Below, in pieces: positions 25,042 to 41,300 of a DNA stretch of 48,796 nucleotides. The stretch covers positions 11,780,001 to 11,828,796 of the forward strand of contig NC_090419.1 of the NCBI RefSeq assembly GCF_036365525.1, in the 5' to 3' direction. The position numbers and the translations under genes were made by a program. This stretch comes from Heterodontus francisci (taxonomy: Eukaryota). The notes under the pieces were generated by a model. That model was not told the origin of the DNA. It ran no database searches and saw only the letters and a program-made list of their open reading frames with translations. Each line of letters begins with the position of its first letter. The first letter of the stretch is position 1.

Positions 25042-28000
25042 TGTATTTGCAAATGATTTTTGAATTGTGTCCGTTTGAATGCTAAGAATATACAAGAGGT
25101 TGGAAAACACGGTGTGATAATACTTGAAGTTCAAAGAAGATCAATGAAACCAGAACGGGAGTTCATAAAACCCGCAGGATCCTGCAATTAGAACACATTT
25201 TACTTTCGGGGGCACCCGAGAGGGTGTTAGACCTCGCAAAGGGGCCGCTAGCCTGTTCTCTCGTTCATCTCTACCTTCATGTTACTGCCTGAGTCAGTTC
25301 ACTTTTCCCCTTTCTCTCTCTTCCTTTCTCTCTCTCCCGCCCTGCATCAGTCGCCCTTCCTCTGTCTCCCTCCCACTTTATCTCCCTCCCTCTCCTGCTG
25401 CTGATTCATCCTGCTTCCATTTCACAGCGGCCTGCTGTCCTTCCAGCACCTTGCCACAATGGATAATCTTAGCACCGGGGCCTTGTCACTACATCACATC
25501 CTTGATCCTCGCACACGCCCTCTCCCACAGACATGTCCATCCCAATCAGGGCACCATAGTGTCATGGTTATGGTACTGGATCCAGGGCTTCTGTCCTCAA
25601 AGACCATCAGTCAAGTAGTGTCATTGAATCCAATCAATTGGTGAGTTTACAATTTGCCCACTGACCATAAAGTTTTGGCGAACGATCATCAAAATCCAAC
25701 AGACTCAATAACTCCCTTCAGGGGAAGGGAAGCTGCCACTCGTGATACTGCTGAGCCCACATGTGACCCTATCATGTGTGCGTGACCCTTAAACCACATT
25801 GCAAGCCGCTCCGTCGTAAGAACAGTTCCTACTGAGAAGGTCAACTCCATGTTCTTGGGAGAATTGCGAATGGGCAATGAATGCCAGCCTTGGCAGAGAT
25901 ACTCAGATCCTGAGAACAAAACATTTCAATGGCTGGTCTGTCATCCCTAGCTCAGGGTTGCCTACATTGAGGGCAACGACGGGGATGGTGTATATAGGTA
26001 GAGTCAATGTCTAGTTCTGTAACTTCATTCTTCTGTTTGGGAATTACCAGCAAGGCCGGAGTTTGACTGTGGACTGTATATATTTGGTTAGAGCTAATGA
26101 GTGCGAGGAGGAGCTTTTACCTTGCCATGTCTATACTGTAAAGCACCAAATAGAAGGAAAACAGTAGAGGAGTAAATTTAAAGGAACATTTCTGAAAAAT
26201 GGTAAAACAATAGAGTAGTAATAATGGGGGAACATCCATGATCCTAATTCCTATCAGGGAGACAGGAAGGGCTTGCAAACCTGGAGCTACCTGGATGACT
26301 AAAGAAATGGAGATGAAAAAGAAAGAGGAAAAGGTCGCTAACAATTAATATCAACTTCATAATATGTTATTCAAGCTGTGTACTGAAAGTGCAGAGGAGA
26401 ACTGGATAAAAAAATGGATGGGCAAAGAGAATGCATAAGAATAGATCAATAGGTAATATAAAAGGGATCACCAAAGCCTTTTTTAAGCAGATAAAAAGTA
26501 AAAGATAGTCGCAGAAAGGTTTGGGCAGATTGAGGACCTGAAATGAAATCTCTCTGTGAAGGCAAAGGTCATCACCAGGGTACTTAATGAGTGCTTTGCA
26601 TGTGTCTTCACTGAATCAGAGAGATGAAATCTGACAGATTGTGTCTGATATATAGGGATCTGATGGATGATGTTTGGATGGGTGGTTGTCTGACAGATGG
26701 TCGTCTGAAAGATGTCGATCTGTTAGATGTGTTTCTGATTGGTGGAGTCTGATGGACGTGGGGCGGCGAGATGTTGGTCTGATAGATGGGGGCGGGGTCT
26801 GATTGATTGGCGTGTGATACATGGGGATCTGACAGACCGGGGTCTGATGGGAGGGTGCGTGTGTGCTGGGAGTAGGGGAGTGTTCTGATTGGTTGGAGCT
26901 GATAGAAGGGCTGTGACGCGTGGTTGCCTGGTGCATGTGGTTTTGAGAAATGGGGTCTTATAGATGGGGTCTGATAGAGTGTGACTACGTGTTTCTGATG
27001 AGGATCTGGGCGATAAGGTAGTGAAAGATGGGGAGCTGATAGATGGGCGTCTCATAGATGAGATCTGATCGATATGCGTCTGATAGATGAGATTTGCTGG
27101 TCGTCGGTTTGTTAGCAGTAGATGAATGAGGTATCGATCTGATGGATAACTGTCACTGATGCATCTTTGATCGATTGGTGCCTGATAGATGAGGTCTGGT
27201 ACATGGGGATGGATAGATGTGGGTCTGGTAGCTGGAGCCAGTCAGGAGGGTGTCTGATAGATGGGGATGTCAGAGATGGGGCCTGACAGATATTGTCACG
27301 ATTGATGTGTGATCTCTCGGAAGACGTCTGAAGCATGTGGTCCGATGGATGTCTATCTGATATGTGGGGAAATGATAGTTAGGGTTCATGTAGATCGTGT
27401 CCAATAGATGTGGCTCTGATAGACGGAATTCTGAATGATTCGGAGTAGATGAAGCGGGTCTGATAGATGTGGAATTTGGTAAATGGTGTCTGTCAGATGG
27501 GTATCTGATAGATGATGAATGATGGATATCTTCTGGCAGGTGTAAGTCTGGTTTTTGGGACTGTGACAGAAATGGGTGTGCGCATGGTGATCTAATGGAT
27601 GTGATGTGACATATGTGGTTCCGATAGAAGTAGATCTGAGCGATGGGGAACGGAAAGATGAGGGTGTGACACATGGATGGAATCTAATGGATTGAGTCTG
27701 ATCGATGGAGTATAATTGACACCGGTCTGGTGGATGTGGATGTTAAGGCTGGGCTCATTCAGATGCGGGACAGATACACAGCGAGCTGATACATGGTGGA
27801 CTGATAGGTGGGGTCTGGCTGATGAGACTTTGAGAGATGGGAGCTGATACATGTGGATCTGATCGATGTGGGTCTAACAGAGGTGTCTAATAGATAGAGT
27901 CAGTCAGGTGGGGTCCTGGTGGAATGGTATCAAACAGACGGGCTCTGAAAATGTTGGTCCTGACAACCGCGGGCTTGATGGGATGTCGCTGATAGATACA

Positions 28001-28265
28001 GTCTGATACGGTCTGATGAATGGAGATCTGAAAGAAGGGCTCTGACTGATGTTGCTCCAATACATGGGTCGATAATATATGGGAACGGCAGATATGAATG
28101 AGATAATTGGTTGTATATAGTTGTGGGTCTGATGGATGGTCTTCTGATATATGGGTTCTGAATCATGTTAAACGGGGATCTGATGGATGCGGTCTGAAAG
28201 ATGTGAATGTGATTGAGGGGGTATAGTTTACAAGGGAATGAAGGCAAAAAGGGGATCTGTTCGAT

Positions 28266-28365
28266 ACAAAAACAAGATATGCTGGAATCACTCAGCAGGT
28301 CTGGCAGCATCTGTGGAAAGAGAAGCAGAGTTAACGTTTCGGGTCAGTGACCCTTCTTCGGAACT
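28266..28365 (-). mobile_element. 100 bp retro-insertion (probable Penelope-like pLTR fragment) with 12 bp target-site duplication
   Basis: Absent from paralogous sites (~2927-2938, ~15587-15598); flanked by GATCTGTTCGAT at 28254-28265 and 28366-28377; related copies at 36838-36947 and 38225-38290. Confidence 0.8.
28329..28365 (-). ncRNA. Minimal type I hammerhead ribozyme-like motif (U4C core variant)
   Basis: Minus strand AGTT-CCGAAGA-A-GGGTC(ACT)GACCC-GAAA-CG-TT-AACT: stem I AGTT/AACT, perfect stem II, GAAA, palindromic minimal stem III. Confidence 0.55.
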
Positions 28366-28681
28366 GATCTGTTCGATGTTGGTTTCATAGATTATGTGAT
28401 GGATGGAATCTGATTGATGTATGTCTGAGTGATGGGAATCTGACAGAAGAGAGTCAGTTAGAAAAGGGTCTGACAGGTCGCAGTGATCTGATGGATAGTG
28501 GTCTGATACATCAAATGGGTGGAGTCTGTTGGGGTCTGATTGACGGGGGCCGGATGGATGGGGTCTGATTAACCGGGGTATGAGTGAAGTGTTCTGGTTG
28601 ATCAGGGTTTGAGATAGGGGTCTGATAAACAAAGCTCGTCTCCCTTGTTGCCCAGTGCTCCTCACATCTTCAACACCTGGT

Positions 28682-28878
28682 CCCGCCTTTTACACAAAGC
28701 AAACAACCAGTGCTGAGCACCAATGTTCCATTTATGTTGATGTTTCTCCAAGCAACCGGAGCCCTTTGTTCTCACAGACCAATAAGAAGTCGAGTTGGCT
28801 TCGGAGAATGAGGTATAAATAGGGCGAGCAGCAACAGAGGCAATACATTGACAGGAGCTGCGAGAATAGAAGGACATT
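28682..28878 (+). promoter_or_regulatory. Proximal promoter and 5' UTR of A3
   Basis: GC box, CCAAT, TATAAATA 28814-28821. Confidence 0.8.
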
Positions 28879-32255
<3,377 letters not shown>

Positions 32256-32326
32256 GTTTTATTAGTTTAGAAAGTACAAAGATTTTAACGTTTATTCATA
32301 TTGATCTTATAACTTTTATTGAAGTA

Positions 32327-32332
32327 AATAAA
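32327..32332 (+). terminator. Polyadenylation signal of A3
   Basis: AATAAA homologous to A1. Confidence 0.65.
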
Positions 32333-32534
32333 TTTATTGTAAATGATTTTGGAAGTGTGTCTCATTAAAGCACAAATGCACGAGAAGAGATTGAGAAACA
32401 CGGTGTAAAAGAAGATTGAAGATAGAAGATGATCAATGGTCCCAGAAAGTGGGTTAATCAAACTCCACAGAGCTGCAGGCCAAGTGTCACACAGCATTTC
32501 AATCATTAAAACACTGTCCTAGAGTAGAGGTGGA

Positions 32535-33900
32535 TCCTAGTGATAATGGGTCTAGTTGATTTGTGTTTGATTGATGGGTTTTACAAGCAGGGATCTGATA
32601 GACTGTTTCAGATCGATTGGAAACTGAATATCGGATATTGGGTTGAGGGGAATCTGATTAATAGGGTCTGATAAATGTGGGTTTGATAGATACTGGTCAT
32701 TGATAGAATTCACAGATTGGAAGCTGATCGATCGGGGAGAATTCTTGACAGTCTAATCGATGGGGAGCAGATTGGTGGGGATGTGAGAGATGAGGATCTG
32801 ATTATTGGGGATTAGATTGAGGGGAATCTGTTCAATGGGGGTGGGATCGGTGGGAATTTGACTGATGGGATAGAATACACGTTGATCTGATTGGTCATAC
32901 TATTGATGTCTCCCAGATTGCGATGTGAGAGATGGTGGCCTGATAAGTGTGGATCTAATCGATGGCGAAAAATTGATCGGGAATATGATTGATTGGGAAG
33001 AGATTTTTGTGAATCTGATAGATGGTGACCGGTTGATGTGGGTCCTTGCTGGGTGTCACAGGTTGGGACCACATCAATGGGAATCTAATAGATTTGACTC
33101 ATGGGACTGTAATAAACTGAGGTCATCCATCTGCTGGCAGTGGATCTGATAGATGTAAATGCTGGCCTGCTGGATTGGAATGTGATTGATGGGGTTCTGA
33201 TCATTGCGGTCTTCTTGACGGGAATGAGATTGAGTGGAATCTGATAGAAGGGGCTGATTAATGGGGAACTCGATGATGGATGATTGAATGATGGGGATCT
33301 GTTTATCAGCTGGATTGATAGGGTGTAGTTGCCAGGGCTGTTATAGATGGGGGTTTGTTTGACAGTTGCCTGATTAATGGGGAGGTCATGAATGTGCATC
33401 GGATTGACAGGCCTCTGACTCATCTCAATCTGATTGGGGGAGATGAAAGAAGGCCTGATTAATGAGAGTCTGGTTGATGATAATGTGTTTCTGGGGCCTG
33501 GTTTATGGAGTTAAGATTGATGATGGTCTTTAAAATGGGGTCTAATTGATGAGGGTATGATGATCAGGTTCTGATTGTTGGAGGTCTGATACATGAGGGT
33601 TTGACTGATGACAGTCTGTTGGACAGGGTGTGTGATAGTACGGGTCTGATTACGAGGAGTTTGATAGTTGGCGCCTCACTGATGGTAATCTGGTAGATGG
33701 TTGATTGGCGGGTATCTGTTGGAAGGGGGTCTGATCGCTGCGGTCTGTTTGATGGTAATCTGAGTGAAGGAAATCTGATAGATGCACTCTAATTGATGGA
33801 GGACTCATTGATGGGGATGTGAATGATGTTGTATGCTGGGCCAGGCTCTGATGGTTGTGGCTCTGCAAGAAAGATGTGGGTTGATAGATTCCAGCATTTT
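32535..33900. repeat. Degenerate CTGAT(T/A)GATGGG tract after A3
   Basis: Paralogous to 7075-8440. Confidence 0.75.
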
Positions 33901-34034
33901 GTGTGCGAATTTCAAATTTCCAGCATTTATTTCTCAATAGACTCCAATTGTTGCATTGTCAAAGACAACCACATATTGGTAATTGAATCAGTAAAGCAAT
34001 CAGTCGTTAAATAACCCAAGATGCTCTTATAGTT

Positions 34035-34207
34035 CTCAAAGACCAATGGATTTGTCAACATACACAACATATTGACAGGAGCTGCGAGAATAGAAGGGCA
34101 TTATGGTAAGAACACGTGGTAGAATGCGGAAAGTGAGGGTGTTCCACACAGATAGAGCGGTCCACAGGGCTCTGATTGATGGCGGCTTGAGCCGGGGGAG
34201 GTGCAGA
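34035..34207 (+). pseudogene. Orphan exon-1 relic at the array end (ATG 34103-34105 and GTAAG donor intact; no tubulin exons downstream in the window)
   Basis: Matches type B exon 1 plus ~100 nt of intron 1, then homology stops. Confidence 0.8.
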
Positions 34208-34457
34208 ACACTTTCAAAACTTTTAAAAACTTTTTCTAAACTTGCAAAACTATTTTGCACTTTTCAACACTTTTCAATACTTCTCCAACCCTTTAAAAAC
34301 TGTCATAAACTTTTAAATACTTTGACAAACTTTGACCGCCCGGTGACTGCTCCAGAGGACATCCTGGACAAACTGCCTTGTTTTTCAGACGGAGTTTGAG
34401 TCCGCAGTGCACCTTGGTTCTTAAAATACTTAGAACTATCAGAGAGAAGAGCAAACG

Positions 34458-35452
34458 CTGGGGCCTCAACATTTTACAGTTTATATCAATGACTTAGATG
34501 AGGGGAGCGATGGCATTGTAGCTAAATTTGCAGGTGACACAAAGATTGGGAGGAAAGTATGTTGTGAAGAGGGCATAAGGAAGTTGCAGATCGATATAGA
34601 CAGGTTGAATGAGTGGGCATAAATCTGGCAGATGGAGTATAATGTGGGAAAATGTGATGTTGTTCACTTTGGCAGGAAGAATAAAAAAGCAGAGTATTAC
34701 TTAAACGGAGAATGACTGCAGAATTCCGAGATGCAGAGGGATCTAGGTGTTCTAGTGCAGGACTCACAAAACGTTAGTACGCAGGTACAACAAGTAATAA
34801 AGAAAGCGAATGGAATGCTATCCTTTATTATGAGAGGAATTGAAAATAAAAGTCAGGATGTTATGCTTCAGTTATACAGGGCATTGGTGAGACCACATCT
34901 CGAATACTGTGTGCAGTTTTTGGTCTCCTTATTTAAGGAAGGATGTGAATGCGTTGGAGGCGGTTCAGAGGAGGTTTACTAGATTGATACCTGGAATGAG
35001 CGGGTTGTCTTATGAGGACAGGTTGGACAAACTGGGCTCGTTTTCACTGGAGTTTAGAAGAGTGAGGGAAGACTTGATTGAAATGTATAAGATCCTGAAC
35101 AGTCTGGACAGGGTGAATGTGGAGAGGTTTACTCTTGTGGGTGAGTCCAGAGCTAGACGGGTCACTGTTTGACAATAAGGGGTCGCCCTTTTAGGACAGA
35201 GATGAGGAGAAATGTTTTCTCTCAGAGGGTTGTGCGACTTTGGAACTCTCTGCCTCAGAAGGTGGTGGAGGCGGGGGTCATTGAATATTTTGCAGGCCGA
35301 GATAGATAGATTCTTGTTAGGAAAGGGAATCAAAGATTATTGGGGGTAGATGGGAGTGTGGAATTCGAGATACAAGCAGATCAGCCACGATCTTATTGAA
35401 TGGCAGAGCAGGCTCGAGGGGCCGAATGGCCGACTCCTGCTCCTAATTCGTA
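34458..35452 (+). mobile_element. 5'-truncated CR1 LINE (RT C-terminal part and 3' UTR), disrupted
   Basis: Translates to LGPQHFTVYINDLDEG, KFAGDTKIG, QRDLGVLV, LYRALVRPHLEYCVQF/WSPY; ends GGGCCGAATGGCCGACTCCTGCTCCTAATTCGTAT; stops and frameshifts. Confidence 0.9.
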
Positions 35453-35937
35453 TTGTCATAAATTCATATCCCAGCTCATAATAGTAGTGCATTAATCATG
35501 AGCTAAATTCACTCTTCAAACCAGCATAATTGAATCGGTGTAAGAATTAAGCTTACTTCAATACCTTTAGTTGTGAGCCAACAGAATGAGCTAACTATTA
35601 AAATTACATAGGGAATCCCTGCCTCACTTCACCTGCAAAACTATATGAAGCGATTATGACAAAATTAAACTAACCAATGACCGCTTGCGTGAATATTTCG
35701 GTGCAGTATCAATCGAGGGTCACGTTATCATTCATCTCTATTTTGAAGTGATTTTACTGTGAGTTATATCTCCTAACACTGCACATGTTCTATTTATAAT
35801 TTACTGTTTGTGTTCTGTTCCTCACTCCTTTCACTTTCCTTCTGCACTGTTCTTTGGTCTGATTTTCTGGGGAGGAAGCGGGATCTTGCCACTCTCAGTG
35901 TCCAAATCAGCCACTGGCTGCTCTCCGGCCGCACTGA

Positions 35938-36815
35938 CCAGAGATGGTTAGATTCCCTCTTGTTGGAGATGGTCATTGCCTGGCACTTGTATGGTGTGAA
36001 TGTTACTTGCCACTTATCAGCCCAAGCCTGGATATTGTCCAGGTGTTGCTGCATTTCTACACGGACTGCTTCAGTATCTCAGGAGTCACGAATGGCGCTG
36101 AACATTGTGCAATCATCAGCGAACATCCCCAGTTCTGACCTTATGATTATTGCAGGAAGGTCATTGAGGAAGCAGCTGAAGATGGTTGGGCCTTGGACAC
36201 TACACTGAGGAACTCCTGCAGTGATGTCCTGGAGCTCAGATGATTGACCTCCAACAACCACAGCCATCTTCCTTTGCGTTAGGCATGACTCCAACCAGCG
36301 GAGAGTTTCCCCCCTGATTCCCATTGACTCCAGTTTTGCGAGGGCTCCTTGATGCCATACTCTGTCAAATGCTGCCTCGATCTCAAGAGCAGTCACTCTC
36401 ACCGCACCTCTTGAGTTCAGCTCTTTTTTCCACGTTTGAACCAAGGCTGTAATGTGGTCTAGTGCTGAGTGGCCCTGGTGGAACCCAAACTGAGTGTCAC
36501 TGAGCAGGTTATGGCTAAGCAAATGCCACTTGCAGGACCTGTCGACGACACCTTCCATCACTTTACTGATGATTGAGAGTAGACTGATGGGGCGGTAATC
36601 GGCCGGGTTGGACTTGTCCTGCTTTTTGTGTACAGGACATACCTGGGCAATTTTCCACATTGCCGGGTAGATGCCGGTGTTGCAGCTTTACTGGAACTGC
36701 TTGGCTAGGGGCGCGGCAAGTTCTGGAGCACGAGTCTTCAGTACTATTGCCGGAATATTGTCAGGGCCCATAGCCTCTGCTGTATCCAGTGCCTTCTGTC
36801 ATTTCTTGATATCAC
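35938..36815 (-). mobile_element. Non-LTR retrotransposon RT fragment (CR1/L2 group), disrupted
   Basis: ORF 36079-36660: WKIAQVCPVHKK, YRPISLLS, QFGF, AFDRVWH, GVPQ, FADD; continues QQHLDNIQAWADKWQVTF. Confidence 0.88.
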
Positions 36816-36837
36816 CTATTATATCTCTAACCTTTTC

Positions 36838-36947
36838 CAGTCATGAACAGAAGCCATCGATCTGAAACGTTAATTCTGTTTTCCTCTGCACAGATGCTTC
36901 CTGACCTGCTAAGCTGCTGAGCATTTCCGGCGACTAATTTTATTTCA
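36838..36947 (+). mobile_element. Decayed copy of the same Penelope-like terminal fragment
   Basis: CTGAAACGTTAATTCTGTTTTCCTCTGCACAGATGCT...GACCTGCT matches the reverse complement of 28266-28365. Confidence 0.6.
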
Positions 36948-37036
36948 ATCTTATCGCTCACTGGGCCACATCCATCGATTTGGCCCTCACAGGTGGTTAT
37001 CCAGCATGTCTCACACAGGTCCGCATCCTCACTATA

Positions 37037-37400
37037 CTCTCGCAGGTCTGGATCCTTAGATTCACTCACACCAGTGCATGTCCAGCTGGTCTCTCACAGG
37101 TCCGCACCCTTAGATTCACTCACACCAGTGCATGTCCAGCTGGTCACTCACAGGTCCGCATCCTTAGATTCACTCACACCAGTACATGTCCAGCTGGTCT
37201 CTCACAGGTCCGCACCCTTAGATTCACTCACGCCAGTGTGTGTCCAGCTGGTCTCTCACAGGTCCGCACCCTTAGATTCACTCACACTGGTGCGTGTGCA
37301 GCTGGTCTCTCACAGGTCCGCATCCTTAGATTCACTCGCACTGATGCACGTGCAGTATGTCTCTCACAGGTCCGCATCCTCATTTCACTCTCACTGGTCC
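37037..37400. repeat. 54 bp minisatellite, ~6 copies
   Basis: Unit CTCTCACAGGTCCGCACCCTTAGATTCACTCACACCAGTGCATGTCCAGCTGGT; 18 aa periodicity in the ORF track. Confidence 0.92.
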
Positions 37401-37721
37401 GCAACCTTACAATCGCTCTGAATTGCACGGTACCTCACGGTATTTTGCTGATTCGCTTTCTGTACTTTTTTGTGTCGTGCTATTTCACTTCATATTTTCC
37501 TATCTTGTAGATTTTAGGCTGCCCAATTTTCTGTTATTGATCATATTTGATTTGCTGTGATCCCAGTTATTTAGTTCACGTTTCAATTTATGGTTCCCTC
37601 CAACATGGAACAGTGGAGACTAGTTGAAGGGTCAATAAAAGGCTACCCTCTCGAATTCCGGACAAACAGATCTTCTACCTTCAGTAAGTTATTCAATTCT
37701 CAGAAATACACAACAAAACAT

Positions 37722-37850
37722 CCCTCTCACAGATGCGCCTCTGAACTTCACCCTCACAGGTCCGCCTCTGAACTTCACCCTCACAAGTCTACCTTTGAAC
37801 TCCTCCCTCTAGGTCCACCTTTTAATTTCACCCTCGCAGGTCCACCTTCC
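37722..37850. repeat. 27 bp degenerate minisatellite, ~5 copies
   Basis: Unit CCCTCACAGGTCCGCCTCTGAACTTCA. Confidence 0.8.
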
Positions 37851-38224
37851 AACCTATTTCCGACCAGAAGCTGAAATCTGAAGCAATGGTTCTCGGAGCA
37901 GTGAGAGTACTGAACGGCTTGAAGAACTGGCACTTTCAATGGAAACCAATCGTTCTACAGAAGACAGTACCTTGGCTTGATGGAATCAAGTGTTTATGCT
38001 CACTATTGTCGCCCCCCCCCCCCCCCCAGTGCCCCGTTCACTTTGACTTTGCTGCTCAAATGCTCCAACTTTGCATTGCAAGAGCTGGTAGAGCCTGCAG
38101 GGTCCCAATGAGCAGGTGCTGGTGAGCTGCAGAATGAGCAACATCCGTAGATTCAACATCTCAGCTAGTTTTATACAGGTTGGTGGAGCAGAGGATTATA
38201 TAATTAGCACAACAACATAATACG

Positions 38225-38290
38225 CCAGATACTGGAAATCTGGGGGGAAAATACAGAAAATGCTGGAAATACTCAGCAGGTCTGGCAGCA
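38225..38290 (-). mobile_element. Short fragment of the same Penelope-like terminal repeat
   Basis: AAAATGCTGGAAATACTCAGCAGGTCTGGCAGCA matches 28277-28309. Confidence 0.55.
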
Positions 38291-38334
38291 GGGCTGGGAG
38301 AAACTTTCCAAGAACTTTCATAAGAAACATTGTC

Positions 38335-41300
38335 CTGGCGGGGGAGGGGGGTTTGATTCTGGAGGTGACTGAAGGGGGTTTGATCCTGAGGGTGACGGAG
38401 GGGGGGTTTGATCCTGAGGGTGACGGAGGGGGGTTTGATCCTGGAGGTGACGGAGGGGGGTTTGATCCTGGGTGTGACGGAGGGGGGTTTGATCCTGGAG
38501 GTGACGGAGGGGGGTTTGATCCTGGGGGTGACGGAGGGGGGGTTTGATCCTGAGGGTGACAGAGGGGGGTTTGATCCTGGAGGTGACAGAGGGGGGTTTG
38601 ATCCTGGAGGTGACGGAGGGGGGTTTGATCCTGGGGGTGACGGAGGGGGGGTTTGATCCTGAGGGTGACGGAGGGGGGTTTGATCCTGGAGGTGACGGAG
38701 GGGGGTTTGATCCTGGGGGTGACGGAGGGGGGTTTGATCCTGGAGGTGATGGAGGGGGGGTTTGATCCTGGGGGTGACGGAGGGGGGTTTGATCCTGAGG
38801 GTGACGGAGGGGGGGTTTGATCCTGGAGGTGACGGAGGGGGGTTTGATCCTGGGTGTGACGGAGGGGGGTTTGATCCTGGAGGTGACGGAGGGGGGTTTG
38901 ATCCTGGGGGTGACGGAGGGGGGGTTTGATCCTGAGGGTGACAGAGGGGGGTTTGATCCTGGAGGTGACGGAGGGGGGTTTGATCCTGAGGGTGACAGAG
39001 GGGGGTTTGATCCTGGAGGTGACGGAGGGGGGTTTGATCCTGGGGGTGACGGAGGGGGGGTTTGATCCTGAGGGTGACGGAGGGGGGTTTGATCCTGGAG
39101 GTGACGGAGGGGGGTTTGATCCTGGGGGTGACGGAGGGGGGTTTGATCCTGGAGGTGATGGAGGGGGGGTTTGATCCTGGGGGTGACGGAGGGGGGTTTG
39201 ATCCTGGGGGTGACGGAGGGGGGTTTGATCCTGAGGGTGACGGAGGGGGGTTTGATCCTGAGGGTGATGGAGGGGGGTTTGATCCTGGGGGTGATGGAGG
39301 GGGGTTTGATCCTCAGGGTGATGGAGGGGGGTTTGATCCTGAGGGTGATGGAGGGAGGGGGGGGTGTTGATCTTGAGGGTGACGGGGGAGGTTTTGATCC
39401 TGGGAGTGACGGAGCGGGGGGGGGGGGGGGGGTGTTTGATCCTGAGGGTGACGGAGGGAGGGGGGGTGTTGATCTTGAGGGTGACGGGGGGGTTTTGATC
39501 CTGGGAGTGATGGAGAGGGGGTTTGATCCTGAGGGTGACGGAGGGAGGGGGGGGATTGATCTTGAGGGTGACGGAGGGGGGTTTGATCCTGGGGGTGACG
39601 GAGAGGGGGGGGTTGTTTGATCCTGAGGGTGACGGAGGGAGGGGGGGGGTTGATCTTGAGGGTGACGGAGGGAGGGGAGGGGTGTTTGATCCTGAGGGTG
39701 ACGGAGGGGGGTTTGATCCTGAGGGTGATGGAGGGGGGTTTGATCCTGAGGGTGATGGAGGGTGTTTGATCCTGAGGTTGACGGAGGGAGGGGAGGGGGG
39801 TTTGATCCTGAGGGTGATGGAGGGGGGTTTGATCCTGGAGGTGAGGGAGGGGGGTTTGATCCTGAGGGTGACGGAGGGGGGTTTGATCCTCAGGGTGACG
39901 GAGGGGGGTTTGATCCTGAGGGTGACGGAGGGGGTTTGATCCTGAGGGTGACGGAGGGAGGGGTGGGGGGTTTGATCCTGAGGGTGATGGAGGGGGGTTT
40001 TAATCCTGAGGGTGACGGATGGGGGTTTGATCCTGAGGGTGACGGAGGGGGGGTTGATCTTGGGGGTGAGGGAGGGGGTTTGATCCTGAGTGTGAGGGAG
40101 GGGGGTTTTATCCTGGGGGTGACGGAGGGTGGTTTGATCCTGGGGGTGACGGAGGGGGGTTTGATCCTGGAGGTGAGGGAGGGGGGTTTCATCCTGAGGG
40201 TGACGGAGGGGGGGTTTGATCCTGAGGGTGATGGAGGGGGGTTTGATCCTGAGGGTGACGGAGGGGGGTTTGATCCTGGAGGTGAGGGAGGGGGGTTTGA
40301 TCCTGAGGGTGACGGAGGGGGGATTTGATCCTGAGGGGGATGGAGGGGTGTTTGATCCTGGGGGTGACGGAGCGTGGTTTGATCCTGAGGGTGACGGAAG
40401 GGGGTTTGATCCTGAGGGTGACGGAGGGGGGTTTTATCCTGGGGGTGACGGAGGGGGGTTTGATCCTGAGGGTGACAGAGGGGGGTTTTATCCTGGGGGT
40501 GAGGGAGGGGGGTTTGTTCCTGAGGGTGACGGAGGGGGGGTTTGATCCTGAGGATGAGGGAGGGGGGTTTGATCCTGAGGGTGACGGAGGGGGGGTTTGA
40601 TCCTGGGGGTGAGGGAGGGGGGTTTGATCCTGAGAGTGAGGGAGGGGGGTTTGATCCTGGGGGTGACGTAGGGGGGTTTGATCCTGAGGGTGACGGAGGG
40701 GGGTTTGATCCTGGGGGTGACGGGGGGGTGGGGGTTTGATCCTGAGGGTGACGGAGGGGGGGTTTGATCCTGAGGATGAGGGAGGGGGGTTTGATCCTGA
40801 GGGTGACGGAGGGGGGGTTTGATCCTGGGGGTGAGGGAGGGGGGGTTGATCCTGAGAGTGAGGGAGGGGGGTTTGATCCTGAGAGTGAGGGAGGGGGGTT
40901 TGATCCTGGGGGTGACGGAGGGGGGTTTGATCCTGAGGATGAGGGAGGGGGGTTTGATCCTGAGGGTGACGGAGGGGGGGTTTGATCCTGGGGGTGAGGG
41001 AGGGGGGGTTGATCCTGAGAGTGAGGGAGGGGGGTTTGATCCTGCGAGTGAGGGAGGGGGGTTTGATCCTGGGGGTGACGGAGGGGGGTTTGATCCTGAG
41101 GGTGACGGAGGGGGGTTTGATCCTGGGGGTGACGGGGGGGGGGGGGTTTGATCCTGAGGGTGACGGAGTGGGGGGGGGTTTTGATCCTGAGGGTGACGGA
41201 GGGGGGTTTGATCCTGGGGGTGACGGGGGGGGGGGGGGTTTGATCCTGAGGGTGACGGAGTGGGGGGGGGGGGAGTTTGATCCTGAGGGTGATGGAGGGG

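Larger units (their letters stand above)
26616..28630. repeat. Degenerate TCTGATAGATGGGG tract upstream of A3 (contains a 100 bp insertion)
   Basis: Paralogous to 1462-3190. Confidence 0.8.

Noticed and set aside
34208-34335. AT-rich CTTT...AAAAC degenerate repeat at the array end
   Set aside because: Short low-complexity tract with no assignable family or function.
36980-37510. ORFs with an 18 aa repeat, or a CRISPR-like reading of the repeat
   Set aside because: Contiguous 54 bp tandem units without unique spacers, eukaryotic context, no cas genes.
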